Counted from the first letter of the stretch, positions 1 to 14,531 are shown. The stretch: 64,000 nucleotides of DNA from Dendrobates tinctorius (GCF_039654945.1 NW_027361687.1:66588001-66652000), one strand, 5' to 3'. Program-made: numbers and translations. Notes: generated by a model not told the origin, from the letters alone.

Positions 1-3000
1 AAGATGGGCGGCTGTGGTGATAAGCAAAAATGCCAAGTATTGGGCCCTTCTGGTGGGCCAACGGGACATGTGCCAACGGGAAAGAGTGCTCTGGTGGCAC
101 ATCAACGGGAAAAGGGTGTGCTCCGGTGGCATGCCAACGGGGGGAAAGGATGTGCTTCGGTGGCACACCAATGGGTAAAGGGTGTGCTTTGGTGGCACAC
201 CAACGGGAAAAGGGTGTGCTCCGGTGGCACGACAACGTGAAAAAGGTGTGCTCCGGTGGCACGCCAACGGGGAAAGGTTGTGCTTCGGTGGCACGTCAAC
301 GAGAAAAGGATGTGCTACGGTGGCACGCCAATGGGAAAATGGTCACAAATCTTGGGCTTTTTATTGTGCCACCGAGGCGTGCACTTTTTTCGTACCACTG
401 GGGTGCCCATCTTGAACTTTTTATTCTGCCTCCAAGGTGCACTCTTTGGCCATTGGCGTGCCACCGGAACAAACCCTTTTCCTGTTGGCGTGCTGCCGGA
501 GCACACCATCTCCCTTTGGCCCACCAGAAGGGACCAATACTTGGCAACGGGGAAAGGATGTGCTTCGGTGGCATGTCAACGCCGGTGGCATGCCAATGGG
601 GAAAGGATGTGCTTCTGTGGCACGTCAACAGGAAAAGGATGTGCTTCGGTGGCACGTCAACAGGAAAAGGATGTGCTCCGGTGGCACGCCAACGGGAAAA
701 GGGTGTGTTCCGGTGGCACGCCAATGGCTAAAGAGTGCACCTTGGAGGCAGGATAAAAAGTCCAAGATGGGTACCATAGTTTTACGTAAAAAGTGCACGC
801 CCCAGTGGCAGAACAAAAAGCCAAAGATTGGTGCCCCGGTGGTAGGCAAACAGGCCAGGGAGCACCCCGGAGTCAGACTGAAAAGTCCAAAATGGACGCC
901 TCGGTGGTAAAAACTGCCAAGCATTGGGCCCTTCTAGAGTGCCAACGGGACATGGTGTGCTCCGGTAGCATGCCAACGGGAAAGAGTGCTCTGGTGGCAC
1001 AACTGGAAAAGGGTGCGCTCCGGTGGCATGCCAATGGGAAAAGGGTGTGCTCCGGTGGCACACCAACGGGGAAAGGATGTGCTCCGGTGGCACGCCAACA
1101 GGAAAAAGGTGTGCACCGGTGGCACGCCAATGGGAAAAGGGTGTGCCACCACAGGAAAAGGTGTGCACCGTTGGCACGCCGACGGGAAAAGGGTGTGCTC
1201 CGGTGGCACGTCAATGGGAAAAGGATGTGCTCCGGTGGCACGCCAACAGGGAAAGGGTGTGCTCCGGTGGCACACCAACAGGTAAAGGGTGTGCTCCGGT
1301 GGCACGCCAATAGGGAAAGGATGTGCTTCGGTGGCACGTCAACGGGAAAAGGATATGCTCCGGTGGCACTCCAACGGGAAAAGAGTGCGTCGGTGGCACG
1401 CTAAAGGGAAAGGATGTGCCTCGGTGGCACGTTAACGGGAAAAGGATGTGCTCCGGTGGCACGGCAACGGGAAAAGGGTGTGTTCTAGTGGCACGCCAAC
1501 GGGGAAAGGATGTGCTTCGGTGGCACACCAATGGGTAAAAGGTGTGCTCTGGTGGCATGTCAACTGGAAAAGGATGTGCTCCGGTGGCACGCCAATGGGA
1601 AGAGATTGTGTTCCGGTGGCACGGCAATGACCAAAGCGTGCACCTTGGAGGCAGGATAAAAAGTGCACGATGGGTACCCCAGTGGTATGTAAAAAGTGCA
1701 CCCCAATAGCAAGCTAAAAATCCCAGGATGGAAGGCACCAGTGGTAGGCAAAGAGGCCAAACAGTCATCCCGGTGGCGGAATAAAAAGCCCAATTTGGGT
1801 GCCCCGATGGTAAAATTGCACTCCGGTACCAAGCTAAAATGCCCAGGAGGGGCGAGCCTGGTCATAAGCAACAAGGCCAAAAAATGCACCCTGGTGGCAA
1901 GCTAAAAAGTCCAAGATGGGTGCACCGGTGGAAGGCAAGAGGCCAAACGGCACGCCCCGGTGGCAGAATAAAAAGCCAATGGGTGCCCTGGTGATAAGCA
2001 AACAGGCCAGAAAGCACCCCGGTGTCAGGCTGAAAAGTCCAAAATGGGCGCCCCGGTGGTAATCAAAACTGCCAAGTATTGGTAACTTTTGGCTGGCCAA
2101 TGGGAGATGGTGTGCTCCGGTAGCACGCCAATAGGAAAAGGGTGTGTTCCGGTGGCACGCCAATGGCCAAAGAGTGCACCTTGGAGGCAGGATAAAAGTT
2201 CAAGATGGGCGGCTCAGGTGGTAAGCAAAAATGCCAAGTATTGGGCCAACGGTACATGGTGTGCTCCGGTAGCACGCCAACGGGAAAGGGTGCTCTGGTG
2301 GCACAACTGGAAAAAGGTGCGCTCCGGTGGCACGCCAGCGGGAAAAGGGTGTGCTCCAGTGGCACGCCAACGGGGAAAGGATGTGCTTCGGTGGCACACC
2401 AACGGGAAAAGGGTGTGCTTCGGGGGCACGCCAACGGGAAAAGGGTGTGCTCCGGTGGCACGCCAACGGAGAAAGGATGTGCTTCGGTGGCACGTCAACG
2501 GGAAAAGGTGCTACGGTGGCACGCCAACGGGAAAATGGTCACAAATCTTTGGCTTTTTATTCTGCTACTGAGGCGTGCACTTTTAATGTACCATTGGGGT
2601 GCCCATCTTGGATTTTTTATCCTGCCTCCAAGTTGCACTCTTTGGCCATTGGCGTGCCACCGGAACACACCCTTTTCCTGTTGACGTGCTACCGGAGCAC
2701 ACCATCTCCCATTGGCCCGCCAGAAGGGACCAATACTTGGCAGTTTTGCTTACCACCGAGGCGCCCATTTTGGACTTTTCAGCCTGACACCGGGGTGCTC
2801 TCTGACCTGTTTGCTTACCACCAGGGCACCCATTGGCTTTTTATTCTGCCTCTGGGGCATGCCGTTTGGCCTCTTGCCTTCCACCGGTCCACCCATCTTG
2901 GACTTTTTTAGGTTGCTACCAGGGTGCATTTTTTGGCCTTTTTGCTTATGACCAGGCTTGCCCCACCTGGGCATTTTAGCTTGGTAGCGGAGTGCAATTT

Positions 3001-6000
3001 TTGCCTTCCATCGGGGCACCCAACTTGAGCTTTTTATTCCGCCACCGGGATGACTTTGGCCTTTTTTCCTACCACTGGGGCCGTCCATCCTGGGATTTTT
3101 AGGTTGCTACTGGTGTGCACTTTTTGCGTACCACCGGGGTACCCATCTTGGACTTTTTATCCTACCTCCAAGGTGCACTCTTTGGCCATTGGCGTGCCTC
3201 CAGAACACACCCTTTTCCCGTTGACGTGCCACCGAAGCACATCCTTTCCCCATTGGCGTGCCACCGACACGCCAACGGGAAAAGGGTATACTCCGATGGC
3301 ACGCCAATGGGTAAAGGATGTGCTTCGATGGCACGTCAACTGGAAAAAGATGTGCTCTTGTGGCACACCAATGGCCAAAGAGTGCTCCTTGGAGGCAGGC
3401 TGAAAAGCCCAAGATGGGCGGCTCCGGTGGTAAGCAAAAATGCCAAGTATTGGGCCCTTCTCGCGGGCCAACGGGACATGGTGTGCTCCGGTAGCAAGCC
3501 AACGGGAAAGAATGCTCTGGTGGCAAAACTGGAAAAGGATGCGCTCCAGTGGCACGCCAACGGGAAAAGGGTGTGCTCCGGTGGCACACCAACGGGGAAA
3601 GGATGTGCTCCGGTGGTACGCCAATGGGAAAAGGGTGTGCACCGGTGGCTCGCCAATGGGAAATGGGTGTGCCACCACAGGAAAAGGTTGTGCATCGGTG
3701 GCACGCCAACGGGAAAAGGGTGTGCGCCGGTTGCACTTCAACGGGGAAAGGATGTTCTCCGGTGGCACGCAAACTGGAAAAGTGTGTGCTCCGGTGGCAC
3801 ACCAACGGGTAATGGGTGTGCATCGGTGGCACACCAACGGGGAATGGATGTGCTTCGGTGGCAAGCCAATGGGAAAAGGGTGTGCTTCGGTGGCACGCCA
3901 ACGGGGAAAGGATGTGCTTCTGTGGCACGTCAACGGGAAAAGGATGTGCTTCGGTGGCACGCCAACGGGAAAAGGGTGTGCTTCGGTGGCACGCCAACGG
4001 GGAAAGGATGTGCTTCTGTGGCATGTCAATGGGAAAAGGATGTGCTTCGGTGGCACGCCAACGGGGAAAGGATGTGCTTTGGTGTCACGTCAACGTGATA
4101 AGGATGTGTTCCGGTGGCACGCCAACGGTCAAAGCGTGCACCTTGGAGGCAGTATAAAAAGTCCAAGATGGCTACCCCAGTGGTACGTAAAAAGTGCACC
4201 CCCCCTTGGGCAGAATAAAAAGGCCTAGATTGGTGCCCCGGTGGCAGGCAAACAGGCCAGAGAGCACCCCGGTGTCAGGCTGAAAAGCCCAAGATGGGCG
4301 GCTGTGGTGGTAAGCAAAAATGCCAAGTATTGGGCCCTTCTGGTGGGCCAACGGGACATGTTGTGCCAACAGGAAAGAGTGCTCTGGTGGCACAACAACT
4401 GGAAAAGGGTGCGCTCCGGTGGCATGCCAACGGGAAAAGGGTTTGCTCCGGTGGCACACCCAACGGGGAAAGGATGTGCTTCGGTGGCACTCCAACGGGA
4501 AAAGGATGTGTTTCAGTTGCACGCCAACGGGAGAAGGGTGCACTGGTGGCACGCCAACGGGAAAAGGGTGTGCCACCACGGGAAAAGGGTGAGCTCCGGT
4601 GGCACGCCAACGTGGAAAAGATTTGCTTCGGTGGCACATCAACTGGAAAAAGATGTGCTCCGGTGGCCCCACAACGGTAAAAGGGTGTGCTTTGGTGGCA
4701 CGCCAACGGGAAAAGGGTGTGCACCGGTGGCACGCCAACGGAAAAAGGGGTGGTCCGGTGGTATGCCAACGGGGAAAGGATGTTCTTCGGTGGCACGTCA
4801 ACGGAAAAAGATGTGCTCCTTTGGCACGCCAACGGGAAAAGGATGTGCTTCGGTGGCACGTCAACTGGAAAAAGATGTGCTCCGGTAGCACGCCAACGGG
4901 AAAAAGATGTACTCCGATGGCACGCCGACGGAGAAAGGTTGCGGTTTGGTGGCACGTCAACAGGAAAAGGGTGCGCTCCGGTGGCACGCCAACGAGAAAA
5001 GGTGTTCTCCGGTGGCACGCCAAATGGAAAAGTGTGTGCTCCGGTGACACGCCAACGGGGAAAGGATGTGCTTCGGTGGCACCTCAACGGGAAAAGGGTG
5101 TGCACCGGTGGCACGCCAACGGAAAAAGGGTGTGGTCCGGTGGCATGCCAATGGGGAAAGGTTGTGCTTCGGTGGCACGACAACGGAAAAAGATGTGCTC
5201 CTTTGGCACGCCAACGGGAAAAGGATGTGCTTCGGTGGCACGTCAACTGGAAAAAGGTGTGCTCCGGTGGCACGCCAAAGGGAAAAGTGTGTGCTCCGGT
5301 GACACGCCAACGGGGAAAGCAAGTGCTTCGGTGGCACCTCAACGGGAAAAGGATGTGCTCCGGTGTCACGCCAGTGGGAAAAGGGTGTGTTACGGTGGCA
5401 CGCCAATGGCCAAAGAGTGCACCTTGGAGTCAGGATAAAACGTCCAAAATGGGTATCCCAGTGGTACGTAAAAAGTGCTCGCCCCGGTGGCAGAATAAAA
5501 AGCCCAAGGTGGGTCGCTCCGGTGGTAAGCAAAAATGCCAAGTATTGGGCCCTTCTGGCGGGCCAAAGAGACATGGTGTGCTCCGGTAGCACGCCAACAG
5601 GAAAGAATGCTCCAGTGGCACGCCAATGGGAAAAAGGATGCTCCGGTGGCACAATAAACGGGTAAAGGGTGTGCTCTGGCGGCACGCCAATGTAAAAAGG
5701 GTGTGCTCCGGTGGCATTCCAACGGGGAAAGGATGTGCTTTGGTAGCACATCAACGGGAAAAGGGTGTGCTCCGGTGGCATGCCAACAGGGGGAAAGGAT
5801 GTGCTTCGGTGGCACGCCAACGGGGAAAGGATATGCTTCAGTGGCACACCAACGGGTAAAGGGTGTGCTTCGGTGGCACACCAACGGGAGAAGGGTGTGC
5901 TCTGGTGGCACGTCAACGTAGAAAAGGATGTGCTTCGGTGGCACGTCAACGATAACAGGATGTGCTACGGTGGCACGCCAATGGGAAAATGGTCACAAAT

Positions 6001-8334
6001 CTTGGGCTTTTTATTGTGCCACCGAGGCGTGCACTTTTTACGTACCACTGGGGTGCCCATCTTGAACTTTTTATTCTGCCTCCAAGGTGCACTCTTTGGC
6101 CATTGGCGTGCCACCGGAACAAACCCTTTTCCTGTTGGCGTTCTGCCGGAGCACACCATCTCCCTTTGGCCCACCAGAAGGGACCAATACTTGGCAGTTT
6201 TGCTTACCACCAAGGCGCCCATTTTGGACTTTTCAGCCTGACACCGGGGTGCTCTCTGGCCTGTTTGCTTACCACCAGGGCACCCATTGGCTTTTTATTC
6301 TGCCACTGGGGCGTGCCTTTTGGCCTCTTGCCTTCCACCGGTCCACCCTTCTTGGACGTGAAAAGGGTGTGATCCGGTGGCATGCCAACGGGGAAAGGAT
6401 GTGCTTCGGTGGCATGTCAACGCCGGTGGCACGCCAACGGGGAAAGGATGTGCTTCTGTTTCACGTCAACGGGAAAAGGATGTGCTCCGGTGGCACGCCA
6501 ACGGGAAAAGGGTGTGTTCCGGTGGCACGCCAATGGCTAAAGAGTGCACCTTGGAGGCAGGACAAAAAGTCCAAGATGGGTACCACAGTTTTACGTAAGA
6601 AGTGCACGCCCCAGTGGCAGAACAAAAAGCCCAAGATTGGTGCCCTGGTGGTAGGCAAACAGGCCAGGGAGCACCCTGGTGTCAGACTGAAAAGTCCAAA
6701 ATGGGCGCCTAGGTGGTAAGAAAAACTGCTAAGCATTGGGCCCTTCTAGAGTGCCAACGGGACATGGTGTGCTCCGGTAGCTCGCCAACGGGAAAGAGTG
6801 CTCTGGTGGCACAACTGGAAAAGGGTGCGCTCCGGTGGCATGCCAATGGGAAAAGGGTGTGCTCCGGTGGCACACCAACGGGGAAAAGATGTGCTTCGGT
6901 GGCACGCCATGGGAAAAGAATGTGCTCCGGTGGCACGCCAACGGGAAAAAAGGTGTGCACCGGTGGCACGCCAACGGGAAAAGGGTGTGCCACCACAGGA
7001 AAAGGTGTGCACCGTTGGCACGCCGACGGGAAAAGGGTGTGCTACGGTGGCACGTCAACGGGAAAAGGATGTGCTCCGGTGGCACGCCAACGGGAAAGAG
7101 TGCTCTGGTGGCACAACAAATGGAAAAGAGTGCGCTCCGGTGGCATGCCAATGGGAAAAGGGTTTGCTCCGGTGGCACAGCAATGGGGAAAAGATGTGCT
7201 TCGGTGGCACTCCAACGGGAAAAGGATGTGCTTCGGTGGCACGCCAACGGGGAAAGGATGTGCTTCGGTGGCACGTCAATGGGAAAAGGATGTGCTCCGG
7301 TGGCACGCCAACGGGAAAAAGGCGTGTTACGGTGGCACGCCAATGGCCAAAGAGTACATCTTGGAGACAGGATAAAAAGTTCAAGATGGTTACCCCAGTG
7401 GTACGTAAAAAGTGCTTGCCCTGGTGGCAGAATAAAAAGCCCAAGATTGGTGCCCCGGTGGTAGGCAAACAGGCCAGAGAGCTTTCCGGTGTCAGGCTGA
7501 AAAGCCCAAGATGGGCAGCTCCAGTGGTAAGCAAAAATGCCAAGTATTGGGCCCGTCTGGCGGGCCGAGACATGATGTGCTCCGGTAGCACGCCAACAGG
7601 AAAGAATGTGCTCTGGTGGCACAACTGGAAAAGGGTGCGCTCCAGTGGCACGCCAACGGGAAAAGAGCGTGCTCCGGTGGCACGCCAACGGAGAAAGTAT
7701 GTGCTTCGGTGGCACACCAATGGGTAAAGGGTGTGCTTCGGTGGCACGCTGTAACAACCCTGCTGGCGTCACTGCATGGCTTCCCATCCCCCGCACATCA
7801 ACTTACTCACTGCTCCGGGTCATGCTGTGAATTCTGTCTATTGCCTGCCCTGTGCTCTGTGCCTCTGCTCTTCTGTATGGTTCCTGGCTATGTGTGTATA
7901 GGGGGGTGGCGCCAGAACTCTCTGGTTCTTATGCAGTCAGGGCGCACCTGTCTAATCTGTCCCTGACCAATCACCTAGAGCCCTTGACTATTTAGTTCCG
8001 CCACACCCACTGAAACATTGCCTGTGCAATGTCTAAACTCAGCTCCTTGCTGCTGAGTTAGCCAGGCCCTGTCCTATGTCTTGCCTTCTCTGAAGGCTCT
8101 TATTGCATATTCCTGTGTCTTGGTACCTTGCCTAGTTCTTCTCTGTCTGCCTGCCAGGAGGCTGAATGTCCTGGCCCTTGAGTCTTGGTTCCAGTACCTT
8201 GTCTGTACTCTGTCCTACCTTAGTCTCCCTTTCTCCTTGTCCCTGGCTTCCTTCCCTGCTGTGTCTTTCCTTGTGTCCTCCTTGTCTGTGCATCTGCACC
8301 CTTGCAGTTCTGTCTGTGCATCTGCACCCTCGCA

Positions 8335-8598
8335 GCTCTGCCTGCTCGGCTCCCTAGTCGCTCTGCCTCTCCTTAGCCGCTCTGCCTGTTCAGCTCCCTA
8401 GCCGCTTTGCCTGTTCGGCTCCTTAGCCGCTCTGCCTGCTCGGCTCCTTTGCCGCTTTGCCTGCTCAGCTCCTTAGCCGATCTGCCTGCTCGGCTCCTTA
8501 GCCGCTCTGCCTGCTCGGCTCCCTAGCCACTCTGCCTGCACGGCTCCCTAGCCTCTCTGCCTGCACGGCTCCCTAGCCGCTCTGCCTGCACGGCCCCC
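8335..8598. repeat. ~25-bp minisatellite inside the LTR
   Basis: Tandem GCTCTGCCTGCTCGGCTCCTTAGCC, about 10 copies. Confidence 0.9.
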
Positions 8599-8834
8599 TT
8601 GCAGCCCAGCCTGCTCTGCACCCCTGCGGCTCTGCTTACTCCACACTCCAGCCTATATCCGTACCTGCACCTCCTGTGTGAACAGGTCCAAATTTTATTC
8701 CAACATACACCACTCCTTCCTGCCTACACCTGTGTGAACAGATCCAAATCCTGTTCCAACATACACCACTCCTTCCTGCCTACACCTGCTGTGTGAACAG
8801 GTCCTTACCTGTCCCTTCTCATACCACACCAATC

Positions 8835-9105
8835 TGTCCAGTGTCTCAAGCCATGCCCGCCTGTCCTGTGTCTCAAGCCGTGCCCGCCTGTCCTGTGTCT
8901 CCAAGCCGTGCCCGCTTGTCCTGTGTCTCCAAGCCGTGCCCGCCTGTCCTGTGTCTCCAAGCCGTGCCCGCCTGTCCAGGGTCTCCCAGCCATGCCCGCC
9001 TGTCCAAAGTCTCCAAGCCGTGTCCGACTGCCCTGTGTCTTCAAGCCGTGCCTGCCTGCCAGTGTAACAAGCCGTGCCTGCTTGCCCTGTGTCCCAGCCA
9101 TGTCC
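8835..9105. repeat. ~27-28-bp minisatellite inside the LTR
   Basis: Tandem CCAAGCCGTGCCCGCCTGTCCTGTGTCT. Confidence 0.9.
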
Positions 9106-12100
9106 ACTTGGCCTTTGTCTCAGCCTGCTTGTCACTCACACCTGTCCAGTAGTCCTGTTCCCGAGTGGGATCAGCAGCCACAGCCAAACACTACCCTGGA
9201 GTGGCACCCGGCAGCTATCTGCCGCACAAGCCTGACCTCACCATCAGAGGCTCCAGCGAAGACCGAGGTAGCTGCCATAGTTACGCCCCTTCCAGGGTAG
9301 TCTGGTTTGTGGCACAGTGGGGCCACAACCCCCCGGCTCGCGCCACTCAGCCAAGGCGCGAGCGTGACACGCCAACGGAAAAAGGGTGTGCTCCGGTGGC
9401 ACGCCAACGGGGATAGGATGTGGTTCAGTGGCACATCAACGAGAAAAGGGTGTACTCCGGTGGCACGCCAACGGGGAAAGGATGTGCTTTGGTGGCACGT
9501 CAACAGGAAAAGCCCAAGATTGGTGCCCCAGTGGCAGGCAAAACAGGCCAGAGAGCACCCCGGTGTCAGGCTCAAAAGTCCAAGGTGGGCGGCTCCGGTG
9601 GTAAGCAAAAATGCCAATTATTGGGCCCTTCTGGCGGGCCAACGGGACATGTTGTGCTCCGGTAGCACGCCAACGGGGAAGAGTACTCTGGTGGCACAAC
9701 AACTGGAAAAGGGTGCGCTCAGGTGGCATGCCAATGGCAAAAGGGTTTGCTCCGGTGGCACGCCAACTGGAAAATGGTGTGCCACCATGGGAAAAGTGTG
9801 CATTGGTGGCACGTCAACGGGAAAAGGGTGTGCTCCGGTGCATGCCAACGGGAAAAGAGTGCTCTGGTGGCACGCCAACGGGGAAAGGGTGTGCTCCGGT
9901 GGTACGCCAATGAGAAAAGGATGTGCTTCGCTGGCACGTCAACGGGGAAAAGATGTGCTTCGATGGCACATCGACAGGAAAAGGATATGCTCCCTTGGCA
10001 CGCTAGCGAGAAAAGGGTGCGCTCCGGTGGCATGCCAACGGGAAAAGGGTGTGCTTCGGTGGCACGCCAACGGGGAAAGGATGTGCTCCGGTGGCACATC
10101 AACGGGAAAAGGGTGTGCTTCGGTGGCACCCCAACGGGGAAAGGATGTGCTTCAGTGGCACGTCAACGGGAAAAGGATGTGCTTTGGTGGCTCTCCAACG
10201 GGGAAAGGATGTGCTTCGGTGGCACGTCAACGGGAAAGGTATGTGCTCCGGTGGTACGCCAACTGGAAAATGGTGTGTTCCGGTGGCACACCAATGACCA
10301 AAGAGTGCACCTTGGAGGCAGGATAAAAAGTCCAAGATGGATACCCCAGTGGTACGCAAAAAGTGCACCCCCTTGGGCAGAATAAAAAGCACAAGATTGG
10401 TCCCCCGGTGGTAGGAAAACAGGCCAGTGAGTGTCAGGCTGAAAAGCCCAAGATGGGCGGCTGTGGTGGTAAGCAAAAATGCCAAGTATTGGGCCCTTTT
10501 GGCGGGCCAACGAGACATGGTGTGCTCCGGTAGCACGCCAACAGAAAAGTGTGCTCTGGTGGCACAACTGGAAAAGGGTGCGCTCCGGTGACACGCCAAT
10601 GGGAAAAGGGTGTGCTCCGGTGGCACACCAATGGGTAAAGGGTATGCTCCGGTGGCACGCCAACGGGTAAAGGGTGTGCTCCGGTGGCACGCCAAAGGAA
10701 AAAGGGTGTGCTTCGGTGGCACACCAACAGGGAAAGGATGTGCTTCGGTGGCACATCAGCGGGAAAAGGGTATGCTCCGATGGCACGCCAACGGGGAAAG
10801 GATGTGCTTCGGTGGCACGTCAACGGGAATATGATGTGCTCCGGTGGCACACCAACGGATAAAGGTTGTGCTCCGATGGCATGCCAATGGGTAAAGGGTG
10901 TGCTCTGGTGGCACGCCAACGGGAAAAGTGTGCTCCGGTGGCACGCCAATGGGGAAAGGATTGGCTTCGGTGGCACGTCCACGGGAAAAGGATGTGCTCC
11001 TATGGCACCACGCCAACGGGGAAAGGATGTGCTTTGTTGGTACACCAACGGGTGTGCTCCATTAGTACGCCAACTGAAAAAGGGTGTGGTCCGGTGGCAC
11101 GCCAACGGGGAGAGGATATTCGGTGGCACGTCAACCGGAAAAGGATGTGCTTCGGTGGCACTCCAACGGGAAAAGGATGTGTTCCGGTGGCACGACAATG
11201 GCCAAAGAGTGCACCTTGGAGGCAGGATAAAAAACCCAAGTTGGGTGCCCCGATGGAAGGAAATAATTGAAATGCACCCTGGTAGCAAGCTAAAAAGTCC
11301 AAGATGGGTTCACTGGTGGAAGGCAAGAGGCCAAACGTCATGCCCCGGTGGCAGAATAAAAAGCCAATGGGTGCCCTTGTAAGCAAACAGGCTAGAGAGC
11401 TCCCCAGTGCCAAAATGGGCGCTTCGGTGGTAAGCAAAACTGCCAATTATTGGGCCCTTCTGGTGGGCCAATGGGAGATGGTGTGCTCCGGTAGCGTGCC
11501 AACAGGAAAAGAGTGTGTTTTTGTGGCACGCCAATGGCCAAATTGTGCACCTTGGAGGCAGGATTAAAAGTCCAATATGGGTACCCCAGTGGTATGTAAA
11601 AAGTGCACTCCCCGGTGGCAGGATAAAAAGCCCAAGATTGGTGCCCCGGTGGTAGGCAAACAGGCCAGGGAGCATCCCGGTGTCAGGCTGAAAAGCCCAA
11701 GATGGGCGGCTGTGGTGGTAAGCAAAAATGCCAATTATTGGGCCCTTCTGGCAGGCCAACGAGACATGGTGTACTCTGGTAGTACGCCAACAGGAAAGCA
11801 TGTGCTCTGGTGGCACAACTGGAAAAGGATGTGCTCCGGTGGCACGCCAATGGGGAAAGGATGTGCTTCTATGGCACGCCAACGGGGCAAGGATGTGCTT
11901 CGTTGGTACACCAACGGGTAACGTGTGTGCTCCGTCAGTACGCCAACTGAAAAAGGGTGTGGTCCGGTGGCACGCCAATGTGGAAAGGATATTCGGTGAC
12001 ACGTCAACCGGAAAAGGATGTGCTTCGGTGGCACTCCAACGGAAAAAGGATGTGTTCCGGTGGAACGCCAATGGCCAAAGAGTGCACCTTAGAGGCAGGA

Positions 12101-14531
12101 TAAAAAGCCCAAGTTGGGTGCCCCGATGGAAGGAAAAAATTGCACTCCGCTACCAAGCTAAAATGCCCAGGTGGAGCGAGCCTGGTCATAAGCAAAAATG
12201 CTAAAAAATGCACCCTGGTAGCAGGCTAAAAAGTCCAAGACGGGTTCACCGGTGAAAGGCAAGAGGCCAAACGTCATGCCCCGGTGGCAGAATAAAAAGC
12301 CAATAGGTGCCCTTGTGGTAAGCAAACAGGCCAGAGAGCTCCCCGGTGTCAGGCTGAAAAGTCCAAAATGGGCGCTTTGGTGGTAAGCAAAACTGCCAAT
12401 TATTGGGCCCTTCTGGTGGGCCAATGGGAGATGGTGTGCTCCGGTAGCGCGCCAACAGGAAAAGGGTGTGTTTTTGTGGCACGCCAATGGCCTAATTGTG
12501 CACCTTGGAGGCAGGATTAAAAGTCCAATATGGGTACCCCAGTGGTACGTAAAAAGTGCACTCACCGGTGGCAGAATAAAAAGCCCAAGATTTGTGACCC
12601 GCTGGTAAGCAAACAGGCCAGAGAGCACCCCGGTGTCAGACTGAAAAGCCCATGATGAGCGGCTGTGGTGGTAAGCAAAAATGCCAAGTATTGGGCCCTT
12701 CTGGCTGGCCAGCGAGACATGGTGTGCTCCGGTAGTACTCCAAAGGGAAAGAGTGCTCTGGTGGCACATCTGGAAAAGGGTGCGCTCCGGTGGCACACCA
12801 ACGAGAACAGGGTGTGCTCCGGTGGCACACCAACGGGTAAAGGGTATGCTCCGGTGGCACGCCAACATTGAAAGGATGTGCTTTGGTGGCACATCAACGG
12901 GAAAAGGATGTGCTTCGGTGGCACGCTACCAGGGAAAGATGTGTTTTGGTGACACGTCAAAGGGAAAAGGATGTGCTCCGGTGGCACACCAATGGGAAAA
13001 GGGTGTGCTCCGGTGGCACACCAACGGGTAACGGGTGTGCTCAGGTGGTACGCCAGCGGGAAAAGGATGTGCTCTGGTGGCATGCCAACGGGTAAAGGAT
13101 GTGCTCCGGTGGCACGCCAACAGGAAAACGGTGTACTCCGGTGGCACGCCAACGGGGAAAGGATGTGCTTCGGTGGCACGTCAGCGGGAAAAGGATGTGC
13201 TCCGTTGGCACACCAATGGGAAAAGGGTATGTTCCGGTGGCACGCCAATGACCAAAGAGTGCATCTTGGAGGCAGGATAAAAAGTCCAAGACGGGTACCC
13301 CATTGGTACGTAAAAAGTGCATGCCCCAGTGGTAGGCAAACAAGCCAGAGAGCACCCCGGTGTCAGGCTGAAAAGCCCAAGATGGGCTGCTCCGATGGTA
13401 AGCAAAAATGCCAAGTATTGGGCCCTTCTGGCGTGCCAATGGGACATAGTGTGCTCTGGTAGCACGCCAACGGGAAAGTGGGCTCTGGTGGCACAACAAC
13501 TGGAAAAGGATGAGCTTCGATGGCACACCAACGGATAAAGGGTGTTCTCGTGCATGCCAACGAGAAAAGGGTGTGCTCCGGTGGCACGCCAACGGGGAAA
13601 GGATGTGCTTTGGTGGCACACCGAGTAAAGGTTGTGCTCCGGTGGCACACCAACGGGAAAAGTGCGCTCCGGTGGCTCGCTAACGGGAAAAGGGTGTGCT
13701 CTGGTGGCACACCAATGGGAAAAGGGTGTGCTCTGTTGGCACGCCAACGGGAAAAGGGTGTGCTCTGGTGGCACGCCAACGGGAAAAGGATGTGCTTCGG
13801 TGGCACACCGAGTAAAGGTTGTGCTCCGGTGGCACACCAACGGGAAAAGTGCGCTCCGGTGGCTCGCTAACGGGAAAAGGGTGTGCTCTGGTGGCACACC
13901 AATGGGAAAAGGGTGTGCTCTGTTGGCACGCCAACGGGAAAAGGGTGTGCTCTGGTGGCACGCCAACGGGAAAAGGATGTGCTTCGGTGGCACGCCAACG
14001 GGAAAAGGATGTGCTTCGGTGGCACGCTAACGGGAAAAGGGTGCGCTCCGGTGTCACGCCAACGGGAAAAGGATGTGCTCCGGTGTCATGTCAACAGGGA
14101 AAGGGTGTGTTCCGGTGGCACATCAATGGGAAAATTATGTGTTCCGGTGGCACGCCAACGGGAAAAGGGTCTGTTCCGGTGGCACGCTAATGGCCAAAGA
14201 GTGCACCTTGGAAAAAGTTCAGGACGGGTATCCCGGTGGTACGCAAAAAGTGCACCCCAGTAGCAAGCTAAAAATCCTAGGATGGATGCACCAGAGGTAG
14301 GCAAAAAGACTAAACAGTCATCCCGGTGACGGAATAAAAAGCCCAAGTTGGGTGCCCCGAGGGAAGGCAAAGATTGCACTCCGGTACCAAGCTAAAATGC
14401 CCAGGTGGGGCGAGCCTGGTCATAAGCAGCAAGGCCAAAAAATGTACCCTGGTAGCAAGCTGAAGGCAAGAGGCCAAACGGCATGCCCCAGTGGCAGAAT
14501 AAAAAGCCAATGGGTGCCCTGGTGGTAAGCA

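Larger units (their letters stand above)
7750..9369 (+). mobile_element. Solo LTR (Gypsy-like), enlarged by internal minisatellites
   Basis: TGTAAC...GTGACA termini. Flanked by CACGC (7745-7749) on the left and TGA-CACGC on the right, a 5-bp TSD overlapping the terminal CA. The array resumes in phase. Confidence 0.75.
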
